64,000 nucleotides of DNA from Eledone cirrhosa (lineage: Eukaryota): contig OZ024757.1 in assembly GCA_964016885.1 (NCBI GenBank), positions 15,810,001-15,874,000 on the forward strand, written 5' to 3'. Shown in pieces: positions 1 to 12,297 of the stretch (positions are counted from its first letter, which is position 1; each line of letters starts with the position of its first letter). The position numbers and the translations under genes were made by a program. The notes below the pieces were generated by a model. The model was not told where the DNA came from. It saw only the letters and a program-made list of their open reading frames with translations, and searched no databases.

Positions 1-235
1 CATAACCTGGGGTTCTAGGAGCCCTAGGGCCTGAGGACTGCTGATGACTTGTAAAATATAGGGTCTAGATAAGGAATTTAGAGTACTTAGTGCACTAAGG
101 ATCTGAAGACTGCTGATGATCTATAGAATATAGGGGTCTAGAACAGGAATTTGGGGTTCTTGGGGTACTAGGGATGTGAGATCTACTGATGATTTATAGA
201 ATACTGGGGTTTAAACAACAGATTTATAAACTAGG
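1..235. repeat. Degenerate ~72-74 bp tandem repeat (3 units), each containing CTGATGA
   Basis: (g/a)CTGATGA...t(a/g)ta(a/g)aata...ggg(g)t recurs at ~41, ~113 and ~187. Confidence 0.55.
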
Positions 236-319
236 ATACTTGGAGTGCTTGGAATCCAGTCCGCTGGTTATCCATGGAAAACTGGGGATCCATGGGACAT
301 TGGGAATAATGATAATAAT

Positions 320-515
320 AAGGCCAACAATGTTTTTAGGGGAGGGAAAGTCGATTAAATTGGCCCCAGTGCATTACTGGTGCTTTATTTTATCGACCCA
401 GTAAGGATGAAAAGCAAAGCTAACCTAGGATTTTAACTCTGAACGTAAAGGGCCATAACTATATACTGCGAAGCATTTTGTCTGATGCTCTACTGATTTT
501 GCCAATCCACCACCA
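320..515 (-). mobile_element. SINE family A copy (tRNA-like head, core ...TTTGCCTTTCATCCTTACGGGGTCGATAAAATAAAGTACCAG...)
   Basis: Matches the ~190-bp family seen about 20 times in this window. Confidence 0.7.
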
Positions 516-544
516 ATAATAAAGATAATAATAATAGAGTATGA

Positions 545-727
545 GGTGAGTACTCTTCAGAAATTAGTGCTCTTAGGGACAGCAGATATTCTTTGAAAAG
601 TTTTGTCTATTAATTCAGAGAAGAACCTGTCATTCTTCATGTCTTAAGCTTATATTAAGCCTGATGTATAGTCCTAAATAAGCTGCAGTAGCACCCAAAG
701 CTGTGAAAAAGAGATAGCAACAATAAT
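545..727 (+). mobile_element. 3' end relic of an R4/Dong-like (RLE) non-LTR retrotransposon
   Basis: Translates LQKLVLLGTADIL*KVLSI, the typical LQK..LLGTA.ILRKVL C-terminus, followed by a short UTR and an (AAT)-like tail. Confidence 0.55.
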
Positions 728-989
728 ATGAAAAAAAAAACAACACTGCACATATCCAAGGAACACAGAGCTGTGCTCAGTAATGCAATCATGACACTCA
801 ATAAAAATAAGACTAATGTTTTATGATAATAATAATGATATAAATGAAAACTATTGTGGGAAGCACTAGTGGTTCCTATAGACTAATATTTTCTAAACAA
901 AACTGTGAGGAAGTCATGGAAACAATATGGCATTTGGTGCAGCAGAAATACATATTTCTTGTTCTTCTTATTGTCTCTTCTGAAAACAT

Positions 990-1320
990 TGGTGTGACTG
1001 TGAGGGATGAGGCCTGTGTGAATTCCTGGAGCAGCTGCATTCGTCGTGGCATCAAATCCGCCAGGAGGACGGTGGGACAGTCCTGGTGGAATTGTTGCCC
1101 ACCACTCTTGCAGTGCTAGTTGTTGATTGGCAGGACTGTAGCTTTGGTTGCTTTTTCTTCCTTTGTTCTGCTTGTTGGTCTGTTCTGTTCTGGTCTGGTC
1201 TGGTCTTCTACTACTGCTGTTACAATGATGACACTCCATGGACTTTTGCTTCCTTACTTCCTCAGCAGAATTGTCTTTACCAGGGTGGGGGAACCTTTTA
1301 ATGCTTGGAAGGTCACATTG
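990..1320 (-). pseudogene. Degenerate Tc1-type transposase C-terminal fragment
   Basis: Minus strand reads VTFQ..., PANQQLALQEWWATIP and, after a frameshift, LLADLMPRRMQLL; this resembles the Tc1 pattern L..ALQEEW..IP....L..SMPRR. Confidence 0.5.
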
Positions 1321-1487
1321 AAATAAACTGACATATAATGAGGTCTCATTAAAAAGAAATATTGTCTTGCTAACCCTCAGTTATCTGATGGAATATAATT
1401 ATTTAAAAAAAGTGTTTTAGAATGCAACAGTAATGTAAATAGGACATTGAATGTTAAAAGTAACAGACGATAACAAAGTTATGTTAA

Positions 1488-1693
1488 CCCTTTAGCATCT
1501 ACATTACTCTATTATACTATTATATTTTCATGGTAAAGGCTTTAACTCGCATAATATTGAATATATGAGATTTTAATATTATTATTTTGAGAACAATACC
1601 TTAACATTAGTGTGAGCAGCCAGTGACAGCCAGCTTAAACAGAAATAGGTGAGAGAATTCTGACTGGATATGGCCGGTTTAAATGCTAAAGGG
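1488..1693 (+). mobile_element. piggyBac-like MITE (TTAA target), family also at 55141, 57438, 57761, 58131
   Basis: TTAA|CCCTTTAGCAT ... ATGCTAAAGGG|TCAA terminal inverted repeats; internal sequence shared with four other copies. Confidence 0.75.
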
Positions 1694-2217
1694 TCAATGT
1701 TATCTTGAAGATATACAATTAGTCCTCACTATTTTGGGAGGAAATTCCCTTTTTCTAAAGAAAGTTTATCGAAACTGAGTCAGGGCAGGAGATCCCTGTT
1801 ATATAATGATTTATAAAAACTACAAAGATATTTGAATATTAAAAAAAAAACAAAAAAACTAATCTTTTAATGGCTTTTTTGTGATTGATTCTCATGGGAA
1901 AATATTTCAATGTTTGGTTCCAATATATACTTCAATATAAAGTTCTTCTTTTGAACATTGTGCTTCTTTCAGAAAGTCACATGCAGCCTTAAGGCTGTGG
2001 GTTCCCCAACCCTGGTTTTGGGTCTCTACTATCTATGCAGGCATATAGTGAGATAGTGCAATATATATATATATATTGCACTATATATATATATATGATG
2101 GTGATGATGATAGAGACATAGACATAATGGCACACTGACACACACACACGTACATACATGCACATATATTTGTATATAGTGGTATATATATATATATAAT
2201 ATTTATTTATAAAACTG

Positions 2218-2277
<60 letters not shown>

Positions 2278-2739
2278 GGACATATAAATATATAGAGGTC
2301 TATTAACATATATATATTGACATAAAAACAGTAACTTCTTTTTAAAAGTATTACTACATTAGTAGTGGAAGAAATGTAAAATTAGAGAGAGAGAGAGACA
2401 TGTGGATAGATAGATAGAGAGAGAGAAAGTGAGAGAGAGAGGGAGAGAGAGAGGGAGAGAGAGAGAGGGAGAGATGTAAGGCACAGTTGCCCTTAGTGGA
2501 ATTTGAACTCACCAAAAACAGAAGAAGGAAAAAATACTTTGTACATTTTTGTCTGGCGCTCTACTGATTAAAAACTAACACAATCAGATCTGTGAAACAT
2601 TTTCTCAATATTTTAGTTAAAAATTTTATGTTCAAGAAAAAAATCAAATGTTATCATTTAAAACTTTAAATGATTGGAACCCCCCCCCCCCCCCCAATGC
2701 ACATGTAAATATACTATAGTGGTTTATTCAGAAAATTTT

Positions 2740-2898
2740 CAGTGGTCCCCAAACACTGGGGCAGAGACCAGTACCAGGCCATGGAATGATACCGGTTCTT
2801 AGACTGGTACCAAGTCATGGACTGGTACTGGGCCATGGACTGGTACTGGGCCGTAGACTGGTACTGCACTGTGAACCAGTACCAGGCTGAGGACCATT
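2740..2898. mobile_element. hAT-like MITE relic with internal ~18-bp repeats
   Basis: CAGTGGTCCCCAAA ... TGAGGACCATT imperfect TIRs; internal GACTGGTACTGGGCCATG-type repeats. Confidence 0.45.
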
Positions 2899-2899
2899 T

Positions 2900-3500
2900 G
2901 ATACTATGTCGGCAACAAGCCTTTCACTATTGGTGAAGAGTTGATCCTGCTTGTCACTCAGGACATTTGCCATGGAGTTTTAAGAGCGACTGCAGTTAAG
3001 AAGGTAGCAATGGTTCCTCTTTTGGTTAGCACCATAACTAGAGGAATTGATGTAATAGTGGAGAACATTGAGACATTAGAGAGTATTAATGAGACATCAG
3101 TCCATGGAGAAATTGTTTTGTATGACAGTGGTCTATGGAGCAAAATGGTTGGGGTCTGCTGGTCTATGTAGAGTGGAAAAGCAAAACAGATCTTATATTC
3201 ACTGATGAGCATCTATTAGACTGAAACATATTTGAATAAAACTCTTCAACAAAGTGTTGGGAGGACCCTTCAGTTTGTGTCAAAAGACATGACAACTTCT
3301 CCTCTGGACTTGATAAAACATGGCCATACGTATGCAGGATGTTTGGGAGGTCAGTATCTCTGCTTCAGTAGCAGGGACAGCAGATGTTAAATGATGATGT
3401 ACTAAAATATGTACTGCAAATTGGAAAGAATATAGAGCAATGGACAAGAATTAGCAGTGAATCTGCTGCTTTACTGAGAATAGGCATAATGGGGTAGTGG
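2900..3500 (-). mobile_element. Possible highly decayed LINE endonuclease-region fragment
   Basis: Fragmentary RY*PP, DLF and DH motifs on the minus strand; many stops. Confidence 0.25.
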
Positions 3501-3694
3501 AAGCTTATTAAAAAAATCATAATTTTAGGTAAAACATGAAATAAATCAGAGAAACTGGTGATGGTGACATCAAATTTTCCATTTACTTATTTTTTATCTA
3601 TATATAGATTGAGATACCAGTTTTAAAGTCAACCCATTTGAGTTTTCTTTACATTGATATAGGAAAAACAGAAATTGATTTTGAGCTGCCATCT

Positions 3695-3840
3695 CAGTCC
3701 ATATGTAAATCCTATATCAAGGAGAATTGTGGCGATATAAACTGTGATCCCTCTGACCTGCCGAATATGATGAGCAATAGAATTGGATGGCAACAGAGAG
3801 TCAAGGGAATCCATACAAGCAGTGTGACCTATTGATTGTT
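3695..3840 (+). mobile_element. 3' end relic of an RTE/RTEX-like LINE
   Basis: KSYIKENCGDINCDPSDLPNMMSNRIGWQQRVKGIHTSSVTY* resembles the TY...L..D.GC...DLP..M.DR..W..RV..I C-terminus. Confidence 0.55.
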
Positions 3841-3935
3841 TTCCTTCTGTTACAGACATTATTAAGAAATGCATTACTGTCATATTCCTACTTCAATCGG
3901 AGTTATTCTACTTTTTTTAACATAATCCAACATTT

Positions 3936-4202
3936 AGGCACATGGCCTAGTGGTAAAGGTGTTGGACTTATGATCATAATGTTGTGGGATTGATTCCTGG
4001 ACTGGGTTCTGTGTTGTGTTCTTGAGCAAAACATTTTATTTCATGTTGCTCCAGTATACTCAGCAGGAAATAAGTACCAGCAATAACTGAGGGTTTAACT
4101 CTGCAATGGACTGGCATCCTGTCATCCTCGGGAGTCTTGTATTCTCAGTTACTTAATGCCAAGGAAACAGGGATAAACACTGGCGCGATGAGCCCCCGAG
4201 AC
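3936..4202 (+). mobile_element. SINE family B copy (tRNA-derived head + CTTGAGCAARACAYTTTATTTCA core)
   Basis: A-box-like TGGCCTAGTGG, B-box-like region, core shared with 8668, 9016, 28035 and 57031. Confidence 0.7.
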
Positions 4203-4231
4203 AGACATTTTTTAGAATCTCTCTCTCTCTC

Positions 4232-4333
<102 letters not shown>

Positions 4334-4360
4334 TATATACATGTTTATATATATATATAT

Positions 4361-4499
4361 ATCATCATCATCACTGTTTAACATCCATTTTTCCACGCTA
4401 TATATATATGATCATATATATATATATATATATATAAAACCCCCGTCCAAACCCATGCAAGCGTGGAACACGGACGTTAAACTTGATGATGATGATGAT
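4361..4499. mobile_element. Two RTE 3'-tail fragments in opposite orientation
   Basis: (CAT)n-CTGTTTAACATCCATTTTTCCACGCT on the left; CCCGTCCAAACCCATGCAAGCGTGGAACACGGACGTTAAAC-(GAT)n on the right, identical to the LINE end at 52289-52329. Confidence 0.7.
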
Positions 4500-5029
<530 letters not shown>

Positions 5030-5134
5030 ACAGTTGATTTGGAGAAAACAATAGAAAAATATTCGATTTGTTCTGACGATCCAGTAAATGTTGCTAAGTA
5101 AACATATTTATAGAAATCAATGGGAATTACTGTA

Positions 5135-6365
5135 TGTGTGTGTGTGTGTGTTGTTATATAGTGTATGTATGTGTGTGTTGTAGAGTATGTGTGTGTTGTT
5201 CTATAGTGTATGTATGTGGGTTGCTATATAGTGTATGTATGTGGGTTGCTATATAGTGTATGTGTGTGTGTTGTTATATAGTGTATGTATGTGTGTGTTG
5301 TTCTATAGTGTATGTATGTGGGTTGCTATATAGTGTATGTGTATGTATGTGTGTGTTGTTCTATAGTGTATGTATGTGGGTTGCTATATAGTGTATGTAT
5401 GTGGGTTGTTATATAGTGTATGTATGTGGGTTGTTATATAGTGTATGTATGTGTGTGTTGTTCTATAGTGTATGTATGTGGGTTGCTATATAGTGTATGT
5501 ATGTGGATTGTTATATAGTGTATGTATGTGTGTGTTGTTCTATAGTGTATGTATGTGGGTTGCTATATAGTGTATGTATGTGGGTTGTTATATAGTGTAT
5601 GTATGTGGGTTGTTATATAGTGTATGTATGTGTGTGTTGTTCTATAGTGTATGTATGTGGGTTGCTATATAGTGTATGTATGTGGGTTGTTATATAGTGT
5701 ATGTATGTGGGTTGTTATATAGTGTATGTATGTGTGTGTTGTAGAGTATGTGTGTGTTGTTCTATAGTGTATGTATGTGGGTTGCTATATAGTGTATGTA
5801 TGTGGGTTGTTATATAGTGTATGTATGTGTGTGTTGTAGAGTATGTGTGTGTTGTTCTATAGTGTATGTATGTGGGTTGCTATATAGTGTATGTATGTGG
5901 GTTGTTATATAGTGTATGTATGTGTGTGTTGTTCTATAGTGTATGTATGTGGGTTGCTATATAGTGTATGTATGTGGGTTGTTATATAGTGTATATATGT
6001 GGGTTGTTATATAGTGTATGTATGTGTGTGTTGTAGAGTATGTGTGTGTTGTAGAGTATGTGTGTGTTGTAGAGTATGTGTGTGTTGTTCTATAGTGTAT
6101 GTATGTGGGTTGTTATATAGTGTGCATTTGTGTTATATTGCTGTTATAGAGTCTGTGTGTGTTATATAGTGTATGTGTATGTGTTTTAGTGTTGTGTGTG
6201 TGTTATAGTGTTGTGTGTGAGTGATATAATGTATGTGTGTGTGTTATAGTGTTGTGTGTGTTGTTGCTGTCGTTATAAAGTGTGTGTGTGTGTTGTTATA
6301 GTGTGTGTATGTGTTGTTATAGTGTGTGTATGTGTTGTTATAGTGTGTGCCTGTTATAGAGTGTT
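5135..6365. repeat. ~25-27 bp minisatellite (GTGTATGTATGTGGGTTGYTATATA)
   Basis: Tandem units visible. Confidence 0.9.
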
Positions 6366-6399
6366 GTTAGGCTGTTACTATAGGGCAATCTAACAAAAT

Positions 6400-8480
6400 C
6401 CACCACCACCATCACTACCACCAACACTACCACTAACACTACCGCCATCACTACCACCAACACTACCACTAACACTATCACCAACACCACCATCACTACC
6501 ACCAACACCACCATCACTACCACCAACACCATCACTATTACTACCACCAACACCACCATCATTACACCACCAACATCACTACCACCATACCACCACCATC
6601 ACTACCACCAACACCACCACTATTACTACAACCAACACCACCATCATTACACCAACACCACCACTACCACCACCACTATTACTACCACCAACACCACCAT
6701 CATTACACCACCACCACCAACATCACTACCACCACTACCACCACCATCACTACCACCAACACCACCACTATTACTACAACCAACACCACCATCATTACAC
6801 CAACACCACCAATACCACCACCACTATTACTACCACCAACACCACCATCATTACACTACCACCAACACCACCACTATTACTACCACCATCATTACACCAC
6901 CACCACCACTACCACCAACATCACTACCACCACCATCACTACCACCAACACCACCACTATTATTACCACCAACACCACCATCGTTACACCCCCACCACCA
7001 CCATCACTACCACCACTACCACCAACACCACCACTATTACTATCACCAACACCACCATCATTACACCACCACCACCACTACCACCACTCCCACCACCACC
7101 ACTACCACCAACACCACCACTATTACTACCACCAACACCACCATCATCATTACACCACCAGCACCACTACCACCACCATCACTACCACCACTCCCACCAC
7201 CACCACTACCACCAACACCACCACTATTACTACCACCAACACCACCATCATTAGACCACCAACATCACTACCACCACTCCCATCACCACCACTACCACCA
7301 ACACCACCACTATTACTACCACCAACACCACCATCATTACACCACCAGCACCACTACCACCACCATCACTACCACCACTCCCACCACCACCACCACCAAC
7401 ACCACCACTATTACTACCACCAACACCACCACCACTACCACCACTCCCACCACCACCACTACCACCAACACCACCACTATTACTACCACCAACACCACCA
7501 CTATTACTACCACCAACACCACCACCACCACCATCACTACCACCACTATCACTACCACCACTACCACCAACACCACCACTATTACTACCACCAACACCAC
7601 CATCATTACACCACCACCACCACCACCACTACCACCACCATCACTACCACTACCGCTCCTATCATTACCACTAACACCAACACTACCACTAACACCATCA
7701 CCGTTATTACTACCACCGATACCACCACCACCATCATTACCACCACCACTACCAACACCACCACCCCTATCATTACCACCAATACCACCACCACCACCAC
7801 CATTACTGCCGTGACCATGACCAGCTCTACAACCACTACCACCATCACTACTAAGCCACACTGCCACCACCAACAATAACAACAACAACATTACCACCAC
7901 TACCACCACCAACACCACCACCAACATTACTGCCACACATACCATGGATGCCATTACAACTACCACCATCACAACTATCACCAACACCACCACAACTACC
8001 ACCACCATCACAACTATCACCAACACCACCACAACTACCACCACCATCACAACTACCACCAACTCCATGCCATCGCAACTACCACAACAACCACCACCAA
8101 TCACCACAACTAACACCACCACCATCACAACTATCACCACCACCACCAACACCACCACTATTACCACCATCTCCGCCGCCACCACCACCAACGTTACTGC
8201 CACCGATACCATGGTGTCGCCACCACAACCATCACAACTACCACAACAACCACCACCATCACCACAACCACAACAACCACCACCATCACAGCTACCACCA
8301 CCACAACCACAGCCACAACCACCACAACTACCACCACAACCACCACCACAACTACCACCATCACCACCACAACCACAACAACAACTACCACCATCACCAC
8401 AACTACTACCATCACAACTAACACCAACCTCCCTACCACCACCTCAACTATCACCATCACAACCACCACCACCACCACCA
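6400..8480. repeat. (ACC/ACT/AAC)n low-complexity array
   Basis: Direct inspection; the source of spurious Thr/Val/His ORFs. Confidence 0.95.
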
Positions 8481-8640
8481 TTATTATGTGACTATATCAG
8501 CTATGTAAAAACCAATCACTTCAAAACATAGTTCAAACGTTATTGATTTTAATGGCCACAAACACATCGATGAGATGGACATATGTATGGAGCCTAGCTA
8601 TTGATTTCTTTCTTATCGCAGTGTCCTCATGGCCTCATCG

Positions 8641-9350
8641 TGGTATAAGGCCCAGATGGTAGCAAGTGGAAGGATGTGGCCTAGTGGTAAGTGTGTTGGA
8701 TTTACAATCATAACATTGTACTGGGTTGTGTGTTGTGTTCTTGACCAAAACACTTCATTTCACTTTGCTCCAGTATACTCAGTAGTGAAAATGAGTAGCT
8801 GAGGGTTTAACCCTGCAATGGACTGGTGTCCTATCCAGGGGAAGTCTTGTACTCCCAATCACTTCATGCCACGACGACTGGTGAGCTTTTGGGCTTGAGA
8901 TAGACTTTAGACATAGATGGTAGCTGTAATATCCTCATACAACTGTGTACCATAATGGTATAAGACCCAGGCCATTGTGTACTATAATGGTATAAGGACC
9001 AGATGGTAGCTAGTGGAAGCATGTGGCCTAGTAGTAAGTGTGTTGGATTTATAATCATAACATTGTGAGTTCAATTCCTGGACTGGCTTGAGCAAAACAC
9101 TTCATTTCATTTCACATTGCCCCAGTATACTCAGCTAAAAATGAGTACCAGCAGTAGCTGGGGGGTTTAACCCTGTGATGGACTGGTGTCTTGTATTCTC
9201 AGCCACTTCATGCTGCCACAGTGACTGGGATAAGCATTGGCCTGATAAGATTGACTTTAGACTATGTCCCCCATACCACTGTGTACCATAAGGCCCAGGT
9301 CAATAGTGGTATAAGTCCCAGGTCATTGTGTACAATAGTAGTGTAAGGAC
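8641..9350 (+). mobile_element. Old ~347-bp tandem duplication, each unit containing a SINE-B copy
   Basis: TGGTATAAGGMCCAGATGGTAGC..GTGGAAG.ATGTGGCCTAGT at 8641 and 8988, followed by the same SINE body. Confidence 0.65.
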
Positions 9351-9387
9351 CAGCCTAGATGTTAACATTGCTATGTGGACATTACAG

Positions 9388-9737
9388 CTTTTATTTTATC
9401 GACCCTGCAAGCTAGAAAGGCAAAGCTAACCTCGGCGGGATTTCACCTCAGAATATAAATGAACATAACTCTATGCTGCAAAGCATGGTGTCTCACGCTC
9501 TACCAATACTGCCAATCCACCATCCTAATAATAATAATAATAATAATAATGGATTCTGATTTAGACACAAAGCCAACAATTTTAGGGAAAAGGAATGTTG
9601 ATTACATCAACTCCAGTACACTACTGGTATTTTATTTCATCGACGCCAGAAGGATGAAAAGCAAAGCCAACCTCAGCAGGATTTGAACATAAAGGTACAT
9701 AACTATGCTGTAAAGCATGTCTGCTAATCCACTGCCC
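9388..9737 (-). mobile_element. Two tandem SINE-A copies
   Basis: TTTTATCGAC...GAAAGGCAAAG.TAACCTCGGCGGGATTT and GCCAATCCAC head motifs, twice. Confidence 0.7.
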
Positions 9738-10414
9738 AAATCCATTGGTTATAATAACCAAGCTAACATGCTTTCATTTTCTTTTTTCTCCATCTATCTA
9801 TTGACTGTCAAATATACCAGAGATGACCAACTGTTGATGAATAGAAAATAAACTAGCTTTAAAATCTCGGCCACTCCTGGTCTCACATTCTTTTCCTAAC
9901 TCAGAATATTCGATTAAATATTGGCTGCTGTCCAAATGATAAATAATTTCTTCCAAGTAATCAGTGTGAGTGGTTGTTGCCATGGTAAATAACAGTGATG
10001 TTTTACACCTCTATATTTCCCCTTCTTCCAATACACATGGCACACAGTTCTTGCCAGTGCTGGCTGCTTGTCTCACCTGAAACAGAGCTTATTCACTAAA
10101 TGTAGCTTTTGTTGTTGCCTTTTGTATTCAAAAGATTACAACGATTTTCAGAATGAGCTAAAGACTGAACACTGGTTCAGGTTTGCAATTAGGAGTCAGA
10201 GAAATCTGATCAGTCATTGGTATTCAATTGATAGCTGTATACTAGCTCTCTTTACAGTGAAACCAGTCACTACATTCACAAATATAGGCTAAACAACAGG
10301 CTTCAACTGTGGACATCATAAATAGACAAATGTATACATACTTTATAAATTACTGATATAACTTCATATATAAATATATATATATGTAATGTGGTTACGT
10401 AGGTGTCATAACAA

Positions 10415-10580
10415 AAAGCACCCAGTATTCACTGTGTATGTGGTTGGTATTAGGAAGGGCATCCATCTGTAGAAACCAAGCCAGAGTCAGTTCTGTATGA
10501 GCAAGACATGGCCTATCTCACAACATAAATCTCGTCTAACCTATGCTAGCATGGAAAATGGATGTTAAACGGTGATGAAG
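10415..10580 (+). mobile_element. RTE 3'-UTR fragment
   Basis: GGTTGGTATTAGGAAGGGCATCCA ... ATGCTAGCATGGAAAATGGATGTTAAACGGTGATGA, homologous to 52190-52339. Confidence 0.7.
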
Positions 10581-10862
10581 ATATGTGTTTGTATATGTAT
10601 GTATATATATATATATATATATATAAAAGATTGGAGCCCATATTCAGTTGATTCAGGTTTATTTAAAACTCTGTTATACATATTATTTCACTAAGGACTA
10701 TCAGTTATAACAGCCTGAGCCCTTCAGACGGCAACACCTAAAATAATCATTGAAAGTTCTCAAGAAACCTTTAAATTTGGAAAAATCCAATAATTTGTCC
10801 GAAAAAGATTTTCTTTCCATAATACAAGGGGCCGGCCGAATGCATGTGTGTGTATGTATGTA

Positions 10863-11253
10863 TTGGACACCCTGCAGGACAATAAACAAAACCTGACAAA
10901 GGGCGGAAAACTCATAAGTGTCAATGGCCATCCAAAGTGTGTAAATATGTATATACACATGTACATATGTATGTATATGCACGGGGACATAGAAATAGTC
11001 GGGCTGGACACCTGATCACGCGATTAAACCACTGGGAGTGAAGGACCCCTCGGCTTTGTCAGGACATTCTTCTAGGAGAAGGCAACTCAGGAAACTGGGA
11101 TTTCTCCGATATAAAACCTGCGGCTCAGTAGTAACCAATGATGTTGATCTTTTCTTCTTTTCAGGTTATAGCTACTGTCGCTCAGAGAGTGGGATTGGCT
11201 CAGTGCACAGTCTTTCCTCACTTTAAAAAAATGTCTTTACGCACAGGCATTGC
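10863..11253 (+). mobile_element. RTE-type 5'-UTR-derived non-autonomous element (copy A)
   Basis: TTCTAGGAGAAGGCAACTC (RTE 5'-UTR-like motif); homologous to 44610 and 45047; ends at GCACAGGCATTGC. Confidence 0.6.
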
Positions 11254-11509
11254 ACGATACAATTAATTAATAATTATTAATAATGGTATATCGTGCAATG
11301 GCCATACTCGATAATGAGGGGGAAGCCACCATCATATATATATTTATATTTATATATATATACAGTGAGAGAGAGAGAAAGAATCACAACAATTGGTCTT
11401 TATGTTGTGTCACCATGGTTACTCAGCTTACTAATTAATCCAGTGAATATTATGGAGTTGAAAAACTTGGCTGTAATATTGATTATGTATTTCAAAAATA
11501 AACAACTCC

Positions 11510-12255
11510 TCCATCACCACCAACACCATTACCAACATCATCATCAGCACCAACATCATGATCAACAACACCCCCACTAACACCACCATCAACAACAACA
11601 ACAACAGTACCTCCACCACTAACATCAACACCTCCACTAACATCATAACCATCATCATCACCATCAACAACAGCAACAACCACAAACATCATGACCATCA
11701 TCACCATCAACAACAATAACAACAACACCTCCACTAACAACACCTCCACTATCATCACCACCACAACCATCACCATCAACAACAACGCCTCCATCATCAC
11801 CATCAACAACACCTCCTGTAATATCACCACCACCATCACCATCAACAACACCTCCACTAACATCAGCACCACCACCAACAACAACAACAGCACCTCTACT
11901 AACATCACCACCACCACCATCACCACCACCACCATCAACAGCTCCACTAACTTCAACACCACCACCATCATCATCACCATCAACAACATCACCACCACCA
12001 CCACCATCAACATCACCACCACCACCAACATCACCACCACCACCATCACCACCACCACCACTATCAACATCACCACCACTACCATCAACAACATCACCAC
12101 CACCACCATCACCACCACCATCAACATCACCACCAACATCACCACCACTACCATCACCAACATCACCACCACCACCACTACCATCAACAACATCACCACC
12201 ACCACCACCACCATCAACAACATCACCACCACCACCACCACCATCAACAACAACA
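11510..12255. repeat. (ACC/ATC/AAC)n low-complexity array
   Basis: Direct inspection. Confidence 0.95.
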
Positions 12256-12297
12256 AACAGTTCTCTTTCTTGAGTCCAACAAGGATTGTAAAACATT

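Noticed and set aside
5060-5130. CTGACGA...GAAA beside a TA tract as a hammerhead
   Set aside because: No stem I partner or UH site after GAAA; at best a heavily decayed relic
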